Positions 25,319 through 39,380 are shown, counted from the stretch's first letter. The stretch: DNA of 64,000 bases from Octopus vulgaris (GCA_951406725.2 OX597822.1:93868001-93932000); one strand, 5' to 3'. A program made the numbers and translations. The notes: generated from the sequence alone by a model not told the origin.

Positions 25319-26128
25319 CCTATTTTAATCACATTTTTAGATGTAGTTATTGCATTAGAATGAACGTGTTTTATTGGCATAAATCCATCTTGACTATTTC
25401 AGCTTTCTCGTGACCTATATTTTATAAGTACAGGTGAATGACCGACAGTGAGGATTTCTGTTTAGGGGATTTTGTGTTTTTCAGGTTATTGACCTCATAG
25501 TAAGGGAGCCCAACATACGTGTATTTACTCAACGTTTGTTTTTGTTTGATTTGCGATTGTTACCAGGCAGTTTTGTTCCTGAATATTTGCATGATTCCTG
25601 ACTGGATTCGATGTAGAAATATCTAATTCTAAATCATTCATAACGAAAAAAAAATTAAACATAAAAAAACTAAAAAAAAACTTGATCCCTGGGGTGGAAT
25701 AAACTTAAATTGTCGCTCTAATTTCAACTTTGTCCTGTGCTGCAGAGCAGCCGTTTGCACTTTTAAGTTAATTGTAGGTGTCTGTATATGTGATCGTATA
25801 TCGGAAATTATCAGCTCTGTATTTATATCAATGACATCCTGATTCCAGGCCCTGTAGGTGAGAGAGCAATAAGTGTTCGGAAATTACATCGAAACTAGAC
25901 TGCGACTATGCACACATCCGGGAATAAAACGTGATGATCAGAAATCAAGCAAATGTGTAAATATGATGATCAGAAATCAAGAAATGTGTAAATATAAATA
26001 TTGCCTATGTTTGTACTCCCTCGGTACGCGGTCAATGACCTGAAATATATAATCCCCTTAATAACAGCTATTCTCGCTCTCGGTCATTCACCTGTACTCA
26101 TAAATGTAGGTCACGAGAAAGCTGAAAA
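25319..26128. promoter_or_regulatory. Inverted-arm cassette copy, R arm truncated by the Penelope-like element
   Basis: Paralog of 6873-7786; homology stops at ...GAAAGCTGAAAAT (~26129). Confidence 0.6.
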
Positions 26129-26129
26129 T

Positions 26130-27378
26130 TAAATTATTACCAAGCATCTTTGCTCTGTTTTCTACATTGATTCTGCTCAGTCTAATTGTAAATTCAATAA
26201 TGTAGATAAGATTTCTAGTCGTAAAAGAATTATTGATAACAAACATAACTTACGCACCGATACAAAGCGAATGAAGGCATATAACCCTTATTTAATCCCC
26301 TATTATTGATCTAAAAGTAAATATAACACCTTCAAAAGTAATTACGCTATGAATACTAGTAAAAATATTTGGTGAATAATTCCTTACGGGAGACAAATTA
26401 AATCGAATCTCCCACTGCTGTTTCGTCAAGGTATTTTCCAAACAATTCTAAATACTACTCTATTATCAATTCATATAAGGTTAGGATAGGTTTTTCAAAC
26501 AAAAAATCTCTTGCAAATTGTCTCTTCACATAATAACAAATTGTTAAATATTAATGCGTTTACTAATACTAACATTAATTTAGCTAATACCATCCAGCCC
26601 TCTAGAAATATTAATAACAAGGTTATTGTATCTGAAGTCAATTCCAATAGAATTAAGTTTATGTCAAGTAACTCTAAGATTAAAAATTCTATATACCAGT
26701 GTATAATCAGTACTCGTAATAAAGTACGATTTTACATTGGAAGCACATCATTAGAGTTATCTAAAAGAATTTCTATCCATTACTCAACATTTAGGGATAG
26801 AAATAAACGTAATAGTACTGGTCTCAGCAAACTGATTTGGGATTTAAAAGACCACAATGAACAATTTCATTTAGAATGGTTGATTCTCTCAATTTCGATA
26901 CCAAATGACAAAGGCAAGGAATTCTGTCTTCTCTGCAATTCTGAGCTATTTTTCATTATTTTTTCTAAAAATACTCTAGTAAACACGGTTATAGAACGAG
27001 CATACAGATGTAAGCATTGCCAAAAACATACATTTAGTGCATATAAGTAGTCTCTATCATTATATATAATTTAAACTTTAATTTCCTTTATATTTAACGC
27101 TCTCTATTGGCATCCCTACTCTTTCTGTTAGCTACTTATGACGTCATATCATATAACGTTTTTTTAAACAATATTAATAGCGTTCTGTCTATCGCTATAA
27201 GAATCCATCATTTTTTGCTTAAATATCTTATTGAGGAGTTTCGCTTTTTTCACTTTCCTGAGGAGAAGATTGCATTGTTTATACCATTTATTCTTTTGAA
27301 TAGTATCAGTGGAATTTTCGAAACATGTGTCGAAAATAAAAATATTTGATTACACCTGCGTTAAACTCCATTTATTTA

Positions 27379-27382
<4 letters not shown>
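26130..27382 (+). mobile_element. 5'-truncated, AT-rich Penelope-like element (GIY-YIG endonuclease 26511-27050 plus pLTR)
   Basis: SIYQC...FYIGST...KRISIH...STGLSKLIWDLK...CLLCNSE; downstream hammerhead; ends at (TA)n. Confidence 0.85.
27254..27335 (+). ncRNA. Type I hammerhead ribozyme, canonical core
   Basis: UUUC-CUGAGGA-GAAGAUU...AAUUUUC-GAAA-C-AUGU-G-UC-GAAA: stem I UUUC/GAAA, stem II, minimal stem III, GUC triplet at 27329-27331. Confidence 0.85.
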
Positions 27383-27439
<57 letters not shown>

Positions 27440-28205
27440 ACACACAACAATGAGGCCTTCAACACCATACTACAAAGCACAGCCCTACTAAAGGGAGACC
27501 CAAAGATGAACCGGATCCTCGAAACACACACCATCATTAAAAGTAAACGGCAACCAAAATCCTTGAAAAGGATTTTAACCCAAGCTACACTGCACTCAAC
27601 ATCAACCACAAAACCAGCAGTTAGAAAATGTGGAAGGCCCAACTGCGGAATCTGTGTCATCTTGAAAGAAGGATCAGAATTTATACTGGAACAAGGCCAC
27701 CAGTTCACCATTAGAACAAACTTCACCTGCGCATCAGAAAACTTAATTTACGTCATAACATGCGCAGGCTGCAATAGGCAGTATATAGGCCATACAAAAA
27801 ATAGCTTACGTAACAGGATGGCGGTGCATAAATCACAAATTAGAAACCCTGATTACCGCAAAATACCGGTCAGCGGACACATAGATAGATGTGCTGGAAA
27901 TGTAAATTCGAAATTTACAACTAACCCGCTCTATAAATTCAGTGACAACGCAACCTTCACACAACGCCAAAATAAAGAACTATATTTCATAAAAAAATTT
28001 AGACCAAGTTTAAACACCCTGGGCCAGGAATACTAAAACAAAAGCTAAGTCCTCCGAAAAGGAGAAGCAAAATTCCACCACGGCCGCTACCTTAAACAGA
28101 CACTCGCTCTGACGGAAATATGCCTTAGTAAAAAAAGGGAAAAAAATTATTTCGTGCAAATCTGACCCTGATACATACGATACAGCTACGGGTCAGACCC
28201 GATTC

Positions 28206-28578
28206 TGATTGGTCAACAAGTTGATGACGTCTAGTTCTGCTAGAATGGACAGGATACAAACAGGGGACAGTCATTAGTCAGAATATTGATGACGTCCTTT
28301 TCTGCTTGACTAGTCACCTAACAAGTACAGACAGGGGGCAGATCTAATGTAGCTATAAGTCGTGATTGGGCATAATCTGGATGACGTCCCGTTCTGCTTG
28401 ACTAACGAAACGACTGGTCAAAACAGGAAACAGACAAGATGCAGTTATAATGCAGCGATTGGTCAAAATGATGATGACGTCCCGTTCTGCTTGACTAAAG
28501 CCACCTAACGAAACGATTGGTCAAAACGTTGATGACGTCACGCTACGCTGGATTGACCACCTAACAGGCATTATAAAA
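28206..28578 (+). promoter_or_regulatory. Five ATTGG-N12-TGACGTC units followed by a TATA box (probable pLTR promoter)
   Basis: Units at ~28208, 28273 (ATTAG), 28365, 28458, 28516; TATAAAA at 28572-28578. Confidence 0.65.
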
Positions 28579-28912
28579 CCGAGCACTTCACAAGACTCAC
28601 TAGAACCACCCAGCGAACACCCACCATGGGTCATCACAATTGCTTAAGGTAAAAATGAATTCCTCGCTCTTTCGGAAACATCAATCCTCTGTATTGACTG
28701 CTTTCCACCACTTTGATCTGTTTTTTGTATTGAATACGTATCGCCACCGTGGGCCACTGCATCGAACACTTTGAACATATAGCATGAATGAACTTACTTC
28801 AAACTATATATCAACTATACATGAACTCTAAGATGTCTGACTCCGTTGTGTATTATAAATGAATTTCTTGTGTTTGACGGCATGAGCTGTCTTTTTTTAT
28901 ATATAACTTTTT

Positions 28913-28948
28913 TTGATAAGGTTCATTTCAGGAACTGAAACATGTTAT
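28913..28948 (+). ncRNA. Variant (U3-A8) hammerhead-like motif
   Basis: UUGAUAA-GGUUC-AUUUCAG-GAACU-GAAA-CAUG-UU; stem I weak. Confidence 0.45.
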
Positions 28949-29008
28949 AATGTATATATAAAAATTAAAAATTGTATAATATAGCAGCATTTTCAAACTT
29001 CATTTTTT

Positions 29009-29010
<2 letters not shown>

Positions 29011-29084
<74 letters not shown>

Positions 29085-29086
29085 CA

Positions 29087-29120
<34 letters not shown>

Positions 29121-29121
29121 A

Positions 29122-29158
<37 letters not shown>

Positions 29159-29319
29159 CATACATATATATATATATATATATACATACATATATATATA
29201 CATACATACATATATATATACATACATACATATATATATATATACATACATATATATATACATACATATATACATACATACATACATACTATTATATACA
29301 TACATACATATACATACAT

Positions 29320-29377
<58 letters not shown>
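29011..29377. repeat. (TA)n/(TACA)n/(TG)n microsatellite (paralogs ~12128-12342, 43108-43330, 51416-51615, 60132-60310)
   Basis: Directly visible. Confidence 0.95.
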
Positions 29378-32225
29378 ATTATAACTTTACAAGAATAGAG
29401 GTAGCAGTAACTTCGAAGTTACCGCCTGTTAGCCTTCATCGGACCGTACACACACACTCACATATTTATAAAACAATCAGTGTCGTTTACAAATCATCGG
29501 TAAAGAACATTAGGCAGATAAAGCATGGCATACTTAAATTATTTGGTTCTTTGAAAAATACACAAAGCTCGTTGTATATAGAGATGTAATTATACAGAAG
29601 CAGAAAATTTCTTGTCAGATGTATAAGCATAAAATCTGAAATATGAGACAATAATAAGAGCATTCATGTAGATATATAGTATATATAAATCGTAGTTTGT
29701 GTGTGTGTAATGACTAACGCATACATTTCCACAATTCTCAACCGATTTTCTCCAAACTTTACGCACACATCACTTATGTTCCAAAGATGGTCATGCACTA
29801 TAATATTTTACCAGAGCTCCCGCGTAAATGGAGCAAATGGATGTATTTTTTTTGTATGTAGGGTCTTCAATACTCTTTTAATCTTTTTATAAAAATATAA
29901 GAATTTTATCTATTTATTTTCACTGTCCACCTAGATAAATCACAGTATGTGTGTGTGTATAGTATCTAACGCATACATTTCCACAATTTACAACCGATTT
30001 TCTCCAAACTATACACACACATTACTTATGTCCCATCGATGGTCATGCACTATAACATTTTGCCCAGAGCTTCCGCGTAAATGAACGTAAATAGACATAG
30101 TTTTTTCTATGTCGGATCTTCCATACTTTTTAATCTTTTTATAGAATTGAAAGGGTTTTGTCTATTTATTTCCAACGGTGATTCAATTGACTAGGAACAC
30201 TATACCCAATGAATGTCCAGTACAAACTGTCTTAATCTACATATTTAAACTGCATTAAACTTTGCCAAGCTTACCTTTACCTATTCTCAGTTACTTGAAA
30301 TGTGGTGTTCCCTTCCCTCTGTTGTATTCCTTGATACCATTGTTTCACTTTAAGTATGCTTATTTACCCATCCATTAGGATATTTCGACTGTTGTCCATT
30401 GTTTCAAATACGTTTAAGCATTGCCGTTCTAGTCTTTTTTAAACCATCTCATATGATTCGTCCCAAAGAATCAACCAATAAATAAGAATTTTGCTTCCAC
30501 TAGCGAAAGTTATACGTATCTTTCAGAAAGCTCCATACCAATTTAACTTTATGCGGCATTCGCTGTTAGTTTATGCGCAGGCTATGAGGGAAGACAGAAT
30601 AAAGGGGCTTTTGTTAGTTTATCTCTCCGAAAAAAATAGCTCTTTTTCCTATTGAATAAAAGAAACTCGCCGAGGGGAAGCTTCAACGTCTTCCTTGAAT
30701 TTCCTCACACCATTTATGTGGCTGTTTCTGACAAGAAATTTCGCTTTCGTGTAAAACAACTATATTTTGTAGTCATTTTCCGTAATCTGCTCCCAAAACA
30801 CTTCAGTAGCTCTATTTGCATCACTTGCAAACTTATATGTTCTATGATTATTAAAGTGCGACGACTTCCACAATAACCAGCCTTTAATTTCATAAACCTT
30901 CTCGTAAACCTTCTCGGTAGTTCAGTTATTTGGTGAAAAAAATGCCATCAAAGCAACTGAAACCGTCGATAGGATGGGTGCATTTGCTAGTGTTTCATAA
31001 AGAAGTTCTGAAATATGAGATAAATGATAACAGCGTTTACATGTCTTCAGGCTTCTAATCTAACAAGTTCTTTATCCAAGTATTTTCAGACTGTACTTTT
31101 GGCAGATCTATTTACAGATCTACCAAAAGTACATAACTCAGTGAGTACTTCAGATCAGCGGGTAGAAATCTAACAGGAATGTGAAGACTGAAAAAATAGC
31201 GTGCGACATTTCATTGAACGGGCAGGTAATGAACTTGAAAAGCAAAGCCCACTTAATAGTAATGTTTAAAAATATTTTTTTTCCTTTTTCAGAAAAATGT
31301 AAGAAAAGCAGATTACAGAAGACACAAACAAAGAAGTGGTATTTGACATTTTTAAAGAGGGTTGTGAGTATGGTAAATTATTAAACTGTGCTATTCAAAG
31401 CTTAACATCAAAATTTGAGAAAAACGACACTTTATATGGTTCTATGACTTTGGCATACATGTCACGGAAAGGGGATTGATCTCTAGGCATATATCAAGCA
31501 GGCCCACCGTTCTGTGTGATATATATTGTTATCAGAGGAAAGGCGGCGAGCTGGTAGACACGTTAGAGCGCCGGGCGAAATGCTTAGGGGTATTTCGTCT
31601 GTCGTTGACAAAATAAGTACCAGTTGAGCACTGGGGTCGATATAATCGTCGAACCTCCCATCGAGAATGCTGGCTTTGTGGCAAGATTTGAAACCAATAT
31701 TAATATTGCGATTCCTTGTCCGTATTTCTCGGAATAAGTAATACTTCTGAGTACCCTGGAACTTCCGTGGTTCATACATATTCTTTTTAACATATTCGTA
31801 CATCAATTTATGGATCTTTATCGTTTCATTTATGTTAAAGATTTCGTCAATTTTGTCTAAGGTTTCGTGTTCCATATTAAGGTTGTTTAAAGCGTAACAC
31901 TCGGGCTTCGTTTCATTATTCTTGATATTTCGACTGCATCTTCGATTTTGTACGACTGTTAAAAGCGGTGAAGGTGTAACACTCGAACGCACATCTTAAC
32001 AAGTAGAATAATAACTGAAATAATTTTTCTCATTGAAAAATATTGTCAAGGATATCAAGTATAGGTACAGGCATAACTGTGTGATAAAGAAATTTGCTTT
32101 GTAACTCTATGGTTTCAGGTTCAGTCTCACAGGCGGCATCTTGGGCAAGTGTCCTTTACTGTAGCACGGGACGACCAAGGTAAATTGAATGAATTTGGTA
32201 GACAGAAACTGTGTAAAACTAAGTG

Positions 32226-32295
<70 letters not shown>

Positions 32296-32394
32296 GATAG
32301 ATAGATATATATATATATACATGATATATATATATATATATATATATACATGATAGATAGATATATATATACATGATATATATATATATATACA

Positions 32395-32453
<59 letters not shown>

Positions 32454-32890
32454 CATGACCAGTTTCGGTGCAGTACAGTAACCGAAACAGATAAAGGAAT
32501 TGTCATTTCGTCACAGCACTTTTATTTCTAGTTAACTTGTTAATTGTTTACCGCACGTTTCATACGAATTCTACAGATAAAAACAAAAACAGATAACAAA
32601 TACAGATAACAACAAAAACACGACGTGAGACTGGAAAATATAAAGTACAAAAAGCAAAAAAATAAAAGAAGAAAAACATGACACCTGGGATGAGGATAGA
32701 AAACAAGATTAAAGATGCTAAGCAATCGAATGTTTGTATACATTTTATATTCTTTCTTATGACAAAGAATAGACATAATTTTATGAAATTTCCCTGGGAA
32801 GATTTTGAAGTAGCAGAATTCGAACTGCTTCCCCAACACTTTCCAGGTAACTAAAACGTCAAGAAGGATTTTCTCAAATATATATTTATT

Positions 32891-33789
32891 CCTATCTTAA
32901 TCACATTTTTAGATGTAGTTATTGCATTAGAATCAACGTGTTTTATTGGCATAAATCCATCTTGACTATTTCAGCTTTCTTGTGACCTATATTTTATAAG
33001 TACAGGTGAATGACCGACAGTGAGAATTTCTGTTTAGGGGATTTTGTGTTTTTCAGGGTATTGACCTCATAGTAAGGGAGTCCAACATACGTGTATTTAC
33101 TCAACGTTTGTTTTTGTTTGATTTGCGATCGTCACCAGGCAGTTTTGTTCCTGAATATTTGCATGATTCCTGACTGGAATCGATGTAGAAATATCTATTT
33201 CTAAATCATTTATATATTAAACAAAATTAAACATGAAAAAACTAAAAAAAAAAACTTGATCCCTTGGATGGAATAAACTTAAATTGTCACTCTAATTTCA
33301 ACTTTGTCCTGTGCTGCAGAGCAGCCGTTTGCACTTTAAGTTAATTGTAGGTGTCTGTATATGTGGTCGTATATCGGAAATTATCAGCTCTGTATTTATA
33401 TCAATGACATCCTGATCCCAGGCCCTGTAGGTGAGAGAGCAATAAATGTTCGGAAGTTACATCGAAACTAGACTGCGACTATGTACATATCCGGGTATAA
33501 AACGGGATAATCAGAAATCAAGCAAATGTGTAAATATGATTATCAGAAATCAAGAAATGTGTAAATATAAATATTGCCTATGCTTGTACTCCCTAGGTAC
33601 GCGGTCAATAACCTGATATATTTAATCCCCTTAATGACAGCTATTCTCGCTCTCGGTCATTCACCTGTACTCATAAATGTAGGTCACGAGAAAGCTGAAA
33701 ATATAGGTCTTAAGATGGCTTAATGTCAACAAAATGATTTGATTGGTTTGTTTCTAATGCAATAATCAAATCTAAAAGTATGATTAAGA
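32891..33789. promoter_or_regulatory. Inverted-arm cassette copy
   Basis: Paralog of 6873-7786. Confidence 0.6.
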
Positions 33790-34405
33790 CGCGAAGAAAG
33801 GTGTTTTTAAGAGAACAGTAAATGATGATTTGGAATTTCTGGAACTGGTTTTAAATCTTGTATTTTGTTCAAGAGATTTTTTTGTGTTTGTTTCGTACGT
33901 AATTAATATTCTTATATTCACAAACTTATGCTGATATTTTGGGAATTTATTTTAAGCTTTGGGAAAATATTTCGACTATTTTGTTGTTGCAAGAACTCAG
34001 AAAATCCAAATTTTTTGGTTCGATCCCTCTTTGTCAACTACCCCGTTTTCATTTACAATTCAGTAATGAGTGGCTGTAAGAATTTCTGTTGCTAATTATG
34101 ATGTCAGAAGTAGTTTCATCAAATTATTATTGCGTTATGAAACCATCACTATTATTTTCAGCTTCCTTATGACCCATATCTGACTGTATAGTTCAGGTGA
34201 ATGACCGAATCCAAGTTTAGTTGTTTAGATGAAGATTATACTTTTCAGGGCATTCACCTCATAAGGGGGTTGTACACTTTTAATGTTTATATCCCCTTTA
34301 CATTTCCAGTTGTTTGAATCACTGATTATCACCACGTGTCTTAGTCTTGGATTTGCACATGGTCCCAAAAATAACATTTATATCTAACTTATTGTAAGAA
34401 AGTTA

Positions 34406-34827
34406 GAATTCTTTCGGTTTGAACGGCAGTTTTTAACATAATTTCTAAGTAACTAAACACTTTTAAACTTCGTATACTGGTAGAATGTGTTTATAAAACA
34501 TCTTTTTCTCTTGGCTTTATTGAGAAAATTCTATAGTTTGTAAGATATTTGTCGTTTTTCTTCTTCAATTTCTGCAATTTCAACCAATCACTGACGTCTA
34601 TTGAGGTAAAAAACAAACATTGTGTGCCGTATGAATATGTCCCTCGTTTAAGAAACAGATTGGGTTTATTTACATTTGTGAAGAAAAAAAGATACCCTTC
34701 CCCCCACCCCTAACCCTAACCCTAAAACAGATTGAAATGCAATAGATCGATACCAGGGTAATAATTATGGGTGGCAATTTCATATGATACCGCTAGAAAA
34801 AAACTGCCGTTCAAACCGAAAAGATCC
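34406..34827. mobile_element. hAT-type MITE (duplicated copy)
   Basis: Same TIRs, TSD and flanks as 3632-4054. Confidence 0.9.
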
Positions 34828-35169
34828 GAAAGTTATGCTTAATTTAGAAATGAAAGTTCTTAGTTTGATTCCCGCTCGGGACTATGTATACAACCAATGA
34901 TACCCTATGAATCGACCATCAAACCGACCGCAAAGAAGTGTAAATACGATTTTTGAAAGCCACAGGTGTGGCTATGTGGTAGGCATAGGTGCATGAGTGT
35001 GTGTATTTTGAGATGTTTGCTTCACAACTATGTGGTCTTGAGTTCAGTCCCACTGCTTGGCAACATAGGCACGTGTCTTCTGGTATTTCCCTGAGCTGAC
35101 CAAAGCTTTGTGATGGATTTTGGTTGACAGAAACTGAAAAAAAATTACAAGACGTTTCTATACGTTTAT

Positions 35170-35318
35170 CATATATATGTTTGTGTGTGTGTGTGTGTGT
35201 ATGTGTAAATGTATATGTGTATATGTAATGTATATGTATATATATATATATGTAAATATGTATATATATGTATATGTATATGTATATATGTATATGTATA
35301 TATGTAAATATGTATATA

Positions 35319-35383
<65 letters not shown>

Positions 35384-35590
35384 GTATATGTATAAATATA
35401 TATGTATATGTATAAATATATATGTATATGTATATATATATATGTATATGTATATGTATATATATATATGTATATGTATGTATATATGTATATGTGTATA
35501 TGTATATGTGTATATGTATATATATATATATGTATATGTATATATGGATATGTATATATGTGTATATATATGTATATATATATATATGTA

Positions 35591-35653
<63 letters not shown>

Positions 35654-35670
35654 GCATATATATATATGTA

Positions 35671-35713
<43 letters not shown>

Positions 35714-35792
35714 GTATATATATATATATGTATATATGTATATATATATATGTATATATATATATGTATATATATATATGTATATATATATG

Positions 35793-35843
<51 letters not shown>

Positions 35844-35859
35844 GTATATGTATATATAT
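35170..35859. repeat. Compound TA-rich microsatellite
   Basis: Directly visible. Confidence 0.98.
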
Positions 35860-36700
35860 GATCCACTTTGGAAGGGAGGACGCTCTGAAACTCCCATACT
35901 CTCTTCCTTCTGGAGAAATTCTCATGGCATCCAACAACATCAGAGACCTGGGAGTAACAGTGGACAACAACATAAGCTGGGCTACACATATAAGCAGCAA
36001 AGTTGACATGGCCCGCAGAATGTGTTCCTGGATTCTCAGAACCTTCCGGTCGAGAGATTCCCACGCTATTATCCTTCTCTTCTCCACTTTTGCCCGACCC
36101 CACCTTGAATACTGCTGTCCACTGTGGTCTCCCTACACAAAACAAAATATTATGAGAATTGAAGCTCCCCAAAGGTCAATCACAAAAAAAGATAGATGGC
36201 ATGTCAGACCTTGACTACTGGGGTAGACTAGAGAAGCTGAAATTGTATTCACTCCAACGACGCCGTGAACGCTACATTATCTGTATGGTGTGGAAAATAT
36301 TCCATCAGCACTGTCCGAATGATGTTGGCATCACCTTCAAAATGCATCCAAGGCTTGGACCACGTGCCATTCGTCCACAACAAAAATCTAAATCGCATCA
36401 CATAACGACAATACGGCACAACTATTTCACCTCAATTGGACCCGCTCTCTTCAACATTACACCAGGACACGTCAAAAAAGAAACTGACCACACAAAATTC
36501 AAGAAGTCTTTGGACAAATTCCTTCAAACAGTACCGGACAAACCAACCACACCCGGATATGTCTCCGCAAACAATAACTCTCTGCTCGAATGGGCCTTGG
36601 TACCCAAATCCTGATCTGAAAGACTTCGCCAGGTGGTGCTATTAAGTTAGACATGGCCTGGGCCAATACTGGCCAAAACCTTTCTAAGTTATTCTAAGTT
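35860..36700 (+). mobile_element. 5'-truncated CR1-group LINE (C-terminal ORF2 plus 3' UTR)
   Basis: [13 protein letters not shown]...ILRTF...[13 protein letters not shown]...RIEAPQR / RLEKLKLYSLQRRRER; one frameshift in the A-run at ~36185; stop at 36614; (TTCTAAGTTA)2 tail. Confidence 0.88.
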
Positions 36701-36789
36701 ATATATATGTATATATATGTATATATATATGTATATATATGTATATATATATATATGTATATATATATATGTATGTATATATATGTATA

Positions 36790-36828
<39 letters not shown>

Positions 36829-36844
36829 ATATATGTATATATAT

Positions 36845-38900
36845 GTCTCTTCGACGACACACACTACCGTCAAAAATGTGGCATTGCGATGGGTACCAAG
36901 GCTGCACCAGTCCTTGCGAACCTCATAATGGGTTACTTCGAACTGTCACTCTATGAAATATCAAGCCAGAAATTTGGACATGTTTTCCACACCTACCTAA
37001 TGGAAAACTGGAAAAGGTATTTAGATGATTGTTTCATCATATGGAAAGAACCTTATGATAAACTCCTGGAATTCAAAACCATACTAAACAACATACATCC
37101 CAACATCCAATTCACTATGGAATTTAGCAAACATCATCTCCCATTCCTTGATCTCCTAATTATAAAAACACCTAAGAACCAAATCATAACAGACATCTAC
37201 CACAAACCTACAGACTCACAACAATACCTCCTCTTTAGTTCATGCCACCCAAAACACACCAAGACAAATATCCCTTTCAATTTAGCTAAAAGGGTATGCA
37301 CCATTGTCTCGGATCCAAAAACACGAGAAATACGCCTTCAAGACCTCAAAAAACACTATTACAACGTCAATATCCCTCCACCCTTATAGAGTATGGAATA
37401 AAACGCGCCAAAGAACTAGACAACACCACACTGAAAACCACCCAACCTAACACCACACACAACCTCAAAATACTTCCATACATTTCCACCCACAACCCCA
37501 AAAATATCGAAGCATACACCACAATCATACAAAACCTCAGTCTACTGTCAACAGACCCAAAAATGAAAAACATTATAAATACACACAAAATCCTCAAATG
37601 CAAAAGGCAACACAAATCTTTAAAAAAACTCTTGACAAATGCCAAACTTCACACACCACATCCACCCCCAACAGTAAAAAAATGTGCACGCTCAAACTGT
37701 GGTACCTGCCCCTTTCTACTTGAAGGCTCTGAATTTACCTTCAAACAAGGTACGAAGTTTAAAATCAAGACTAACTTCTCCTGTTCCTCCGAGAACCTTA
37801 TCTACGTTCTCACATGCGCTGGTTGCCAACATAATTATGTGGGACAAACGAGTCTCCCGTTACGTAAACGAGTAACGGTGCATAAAGAACAAATAAATCT
37901 TCCGGAATACCGACAAATTCCACTGAGTGACCACTTAGACTCATGTGCCAAAGACTTAAACCCCAAATTCTATATATTCCCCTTCTACCAATGTAAAGAC
38001 GGGATCACCACACAGGAGAGAATTAACAAGGAGAATCTCTTTATTGAAAAATTCCAAACACAACTTAATATGCAAACTCCTCGTTGATCAAACTTCCTTT
38101 CTCTACCTCACTCTTCATGGATGGACTAACACAAATATATAAAGATACCATGCATTCACCACTTCAAGCTAAAACTTATATTCTTTAAATATCATTTTCA
38201 CTATTGTTGTTGTTACTACTATCATTTTTATTATAAATGATATGACAATTTGAAATGCAATTGTCTATGCAGTTTTATATTATTAGAAAATAATATAAAT
38301 AAAGTGTTAAAATCTGAAAGTTAAGTTAACAAGCAATTATATTAAAAAAGATAATGCAAATGAAGCTAAAATGATAGTTTTATAATTTGGGTTTTATTGA
38401 AGAACTCAAAAGAGTTTTCTCCCCTTACTCACAACACAGGAACTGAAGAACCAGGACCACAATTACTACTACTTCCTGTCCTGCAACATGCTGTATTCAA
38501 CAACACAACACATCACATGCTCTTAATCCCTTTGGATCTTAACACCTCAAGGTAACTTTTTGGTAAACAACCATAAAACTCAAGATACACAACGAACTCA
38601 CAATGTATCGGAGAACTTATTTTTAATTTTTGTACATTTTTATCATCATTCTTTTACAAAAAACATTGCAATTTTCTTTTTTCCCCTTTCTAATTTTCAA
38701 AAAAACTTCTTAAAACATAAATATTCTTGACAAGTCATACATTGACGAAAACCGGTTGAATAAATATATATATTTATATATTTTATCATTTTCTCATTTT
38801 ATTAAAATTTTATTTCATTTGAGCATTCTGCATTTTTAAAAAAATTTTTCCTTACTTATCATTTCTCCACGTGCGGTCAACACAACCCCACCATTTATTG
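36845..38900 (+). mobile_element. 5'-truncated Penelope-like element: RT C-terminal half, GIY-YIG (to 38087), pLTR
   Basis: [10 protein letters not shown]...WKRYLDDCF...FLDL...TDIYHKPTDSQQYLLFSSCHP; frameshift in A-run ~37350; CGTC...NLIYVLTCAGCQHNYVGQT...RVTVH...KENLFI. Confidence 0.93.
38722..38762 (+). ncRNA. Variant (U3-A8) type I hammerhead
   Basis: UAUUC-UUGACAA-GUCA-UACAU-UGAC-GAAA-ACCGG-UU-GAAUA: stem I UAUUC/GAAUA, stem II GUCA/UGAC, palindromic stem III region. Confidence 0.6.
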
Positions 38901-38903
38901 ATC

Positions 38904-38942
<39 letters not shown>

Positions 38943-38969
38943 GTATATATATATGTATATATATATATA

Positions 38970-39000
<31 letters not shown>

Positions 39001-39055
39001 GTAGAAATATATATATATGTATATATATTTGTAGAAATATATATATATGTATATA

Positions 39056-39140
<85 letters not shown>

Positions 39141-39156
39141 GTATATATATATATAT

Positions 39157-39377
39157 AGCTGGCAGAAACGTTAGCACGCTGGGCGAAATGCGTAGCCGTA
39201 TTTCGCCTGTCGTTACGTTCCGAGTTCAAATTCCGCCGAGGTAAACTTTGCCTTTCATCCTTTCGCGGTCGATAAATTAAGTACCAGTTACGCACTGGGG
39301 TCGATGTAATCGACTTAATCCCTTTGTCTGTCCTTGTTTGTTCCCTCTGCGTTTAGCCCCTTGTGGGTAGTAAAGAA

Positions 39378-39380
<3 letters not shown>
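39157..39380 (+). mobile_element. tRNA-derived SINE in a TA tract
   Basis: Same family as 9982-10195. Confidence 0.85.

Larger units (their letters stand above)
27438..29010 (+). mobile_element. 5'-truncated Penelope-like element (GIY-YIG ORF 27506-28036 plus pLTR)
   Basis: KCGRPNCGIC...CASENLIYVITCAGCNRQYIGHT...RNRMAVHK...KELYFIKKF; downstream promoter-like repeats, splice donor and variant hammerhead; (TA)n on both sides. Confidence 0.9.

Noticed and set aside
28206-28560. CRISPR-like repeat-spacer array
   Set aside because: Eukaryotic context, degenerate units with related spacers, no cas genes.
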